DNA from: Harriotta raleighana
Lineage: Eukaryota
NCBI GenBank assembly: GCA_050575255.1
Contig: JBNZDD010013728.1
Span: 3,131,694 to 3,195,693 of the forward strand
Direction: 5' to 3'
Length of the DNA stretch: 64,000 nt
Numbering within the stretch: the first letter of the stretch is position 1; every line of letters begins with the position of its first letter. A program made the translations under genes and the position numbers. The notes beneath the pieces were generated by a model, which ran no database searches, was not told where the DNA came from, and saw only the letters and a program-made list of their open reading frames with translations. This document shows, piece by piece, positions 61,356 through 64,000 of the stretch.

Positions 61356-62429
61356 AGTTCAAGTAACTTAACGTAACTGATAAAGAGAGTTTTAAATCGG
61401 ACAAGAGAAATTAAAAAAATTAATGAAAGTTACCATAACACACATTTCACTCCGAGGCACCTGCAATCTGGCTTTATTTATGCCTTCACATTTGATTCGC
61501 CATACAATCAGAGGTAAAATCATTGAATTATGCTCACAGCACCAAACCACCAGAATTCACTTGGATACCTGGCAGTCAATGGGAATTCTTCAGTGCCCTA
61601 AAGAAATATACACATTCAGGTTTATTCTCCAGATACCAGTAATGAGCCACTAAGAGCAACTTGCTAAGTACTAAAGCTAGCCAGGAACAAGCAGAAAACT
61701 AAGCCTTCTAATCTATTCAGTAACTTATTTAGTATATACTATTGTTTATCATGTGAATAAAATTGTTTGAAGAGAAATAGGTTAGTTTGCTGCTTTTAAA
61801 AGATATAGAACAACAAAGCCTGAGCATATCCCTGCCACACACTAACATAGTTTATTTAACCTGGCCTTGCTACTGTCTGAACTTACTTATCACCTGGCTC
61901 CTGATTTGCTCCATCCAGACCTGGATCTCATCCTTGTCCCCTTAACAGCTCTTAAATTTATCGTCCACTGACCCTTTATTTCAAAGCCCACAATCTAAAG
62001 TTTACCAATTTCTCGGACATTAACTCTGCCTGCTCCTTACTCTAAAGCTTCTCTGGAATGCAAAACCACGGTAATGTCATTCACTGGTGTTTAGGAACAG
62101 ACTGAGCTCTCCAGGTTCAGTATGTACTGCCGTTCTGCCTAATGCCAAGGGGCATATCGAGGCGTCCTTCACACATGTTGATTTCACATTTCTGTCGTGG
62201 CTCGCAGCTAACTAACAGCATGCTATGAATAGAAAAGTAGAATAATTAGTTTTTTTAAAAAAAAGCATGCTTGATAATCATTTTAATTTGCTTTAAGAAT
62301 ATTTACACCCGAGAAACTCATGTTTTATCTCCACGAAGAGGGCTTAACCTTAAATGACAGGACCATCCTCTGCAGTAGAAAGCACTTATGGTTATTGTTT
62401 CGAGTCCTTGCTGTAATACCTATAGACGC

Positions 62430-62995
62430 ACTCTATAGGTAAACTCACTGGGTAACAAGAGAGCGAATAACTCAGCATCCTCATTGGAAGAGTTGAAAAG
62501 AGCGGATTGATTTTTCAGGCAGAAAGATATTGGAACGAGGAATGCTGTGCCACAAGTTACTACTGAACCTAGGACTATAACAGCACTTAAAGGGGAAATT
62601 GGATAAGTATTTCAAGCGAAACAACACCTACAGGTAAGAAGAAGGAGCAGGCAATTATGATTAAGGTTTAGCTCCTGGGGAGGAGATGGTATCTTCATGG
62701 CTGTGAACCTCTATTAGATGAGACATTATATTGATGCCCTTTCCTTGTGTCTGGTAGGAACCTTATAGATGCCACGAATTACACTATTAGAAAAAAGAAA
62801 GGAATTTCTCCTGGTGTTTGGCGAACATTCCTGCAGGTTTGGTTCACCTTGTGGCTTTTTAAAAAACAGTTCCTCGTCGATGACAGATAACTGTCTTAGT
62901 TACCATTCAAAAGTGGTTGCTAGACTTAAAAATCATTACTTGTGAAACACATTGAGAGCATGGACATAATAAAGCAGCATAAAAATGCAAGGTGA
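62430..62995 (+). mobile_element. Decayed CR1 3' fragment followed by a DeuSINE fragment
   Basis: GGAATGCTGTGCCACAAG..TTAAAGGGGAAATTGGATAAGTATTT (CR1), then AGATGAGACATTA..TCTCCTGGTG..ATAAAAATGCAAG (Deu). Confidence 0.6.
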
Positions 62996-64000
62996 GGAAA
63001 AGGGAGAACATCAAGTAGGTTCAAGCGTTCAATATTTCTGTAAATCCCAATTGTGGAACGAACATCCTCGATATTAATGTTGAATCCTACAAACGAGACA
63101 CTTGAGTAACTCTAGTGTTGACCCAGATATAATAACCAGAGATTAAGTGTCATTTGAGCTTGCCATTCAGTTGACAGTCCTTGGCTCACCTGCCAGTAGA
63201 AACACTGAATGCAAATGAAATATCATAGTTATGAAGAAGAGAAGGATCTAGGAGGAACTGAATGAGTGTGCAGGATAGCAGAGGGTAACAGAGATTGAAG
63301 CGTAAAAAACAAAATAAAATAGTCTTTGAACAAATGCAGTCTTTATTTCACTTGCACCACACCATTACACTACAAGATATTGAGAACGAATACCCAGGTA
63401 AAATTCCCCTCAGAAACCTTTCAGACGGACAGTATTGGGTGTACAATTATTGGTGTATATGCTAAAATATTCTAAAAGTTAAAATGCAAGCTGATAAAAT
63501 AGTGTATTATGATGGTGTGGTTGCCTTTCTTCCAAACAACTCTTGGATAGAGTCCCAGTGCTACCTATGATTCAAGTGCACCTGTTGCAGTTTGGGCTGT
63601 CAGTTCTTTGTTGGAGCAGAGGTGGCACAGAGTAGTCGATTCAAATATCCTGTTGTTGTAACTGAAAGAGGCTGCTTGGTCACTGAGTGGCTCCTGCAGA
63701 GGAATGAAAGGAAACAACTGCAGATAAAACACACAAATTAAAAAGAATTCCCTGTTAATGGATGACAGATCTTATCTTTTCCCTCTGACTTTATTACTCT
63801 GCGTACTTGACCTCCATGTCTAGTATGCTTTTAAATTCAGTGAACATTCACAGAGATAAAAAAAAAGCCCCAATAACCCACAAATGGATATCTTGCATTG
63901 ATTTAACATTTGGAGATTTCACTTGCACTTGGGAGTGACTGGTATCTACATAGGATTGTGTTGATGATGCAATAATCATTTGGAAAGACTGCACCCAGTT

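Noticed and set aside
63582-63693. Minus-strand exon candidate (strong acceptor, open frame EPLSDQAASFSYNNRIFES...)
   Set aside because: Weak donor (GTGCAC), unrecognisable peptide, and no partner exon found.

Overview
Vertebrate non-coding DNA, very probably from a cartilaginous fish. A holocephalan (chimaera) is the best guess, inferred from the mix of abundant L2 LINEs, DeuSINE/SacSINE1-like SINEs, shark-type CR1 3' ends and Penelope-derived palindromes. I recognise no host protein-coding exon. The only ORFs with recognisable homology are decayed reverse-transcriptase (ORF2) pieces of L2, CR1 and Tx1 retrotransposons. The window is a dense mosaic of two L2 families with (GTT)n tails (my working labels 'L2a' and 'L2b'), a young ~300-330 bp tRNA-headed SINE with an (ATT)n tail, older DeuSINEs, CR1 fragments, one Tx1 3' fragment and one Tigger-like MITE, many of them nested inside each other. 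The most notable signals are: (1) a TSD-bounded palindromic Penelope-type insert carrying a minimal hammerhead-ribozyme core on each strand (22300-22523, decayed copy at ~6264); (2) a perfect 41-bp-arm hairpin directly behind a candidate splice donor (48287-48382); (3) a perfect ERE/double-NBRE palindrome in a repeat-free, enhancer-like block (30852-30870); (4) a shared 3' stem-loop with family-specific loops across L2s and SINEs; (5) reciprocal nesting of the two L2 families. Exact duplications next to single Ns look like assembly artefacts. Repeat boundaries were read by eye and are approximate. I found no clearly new biological system; the ribozyme palindrome and the hairpin are the best leads.
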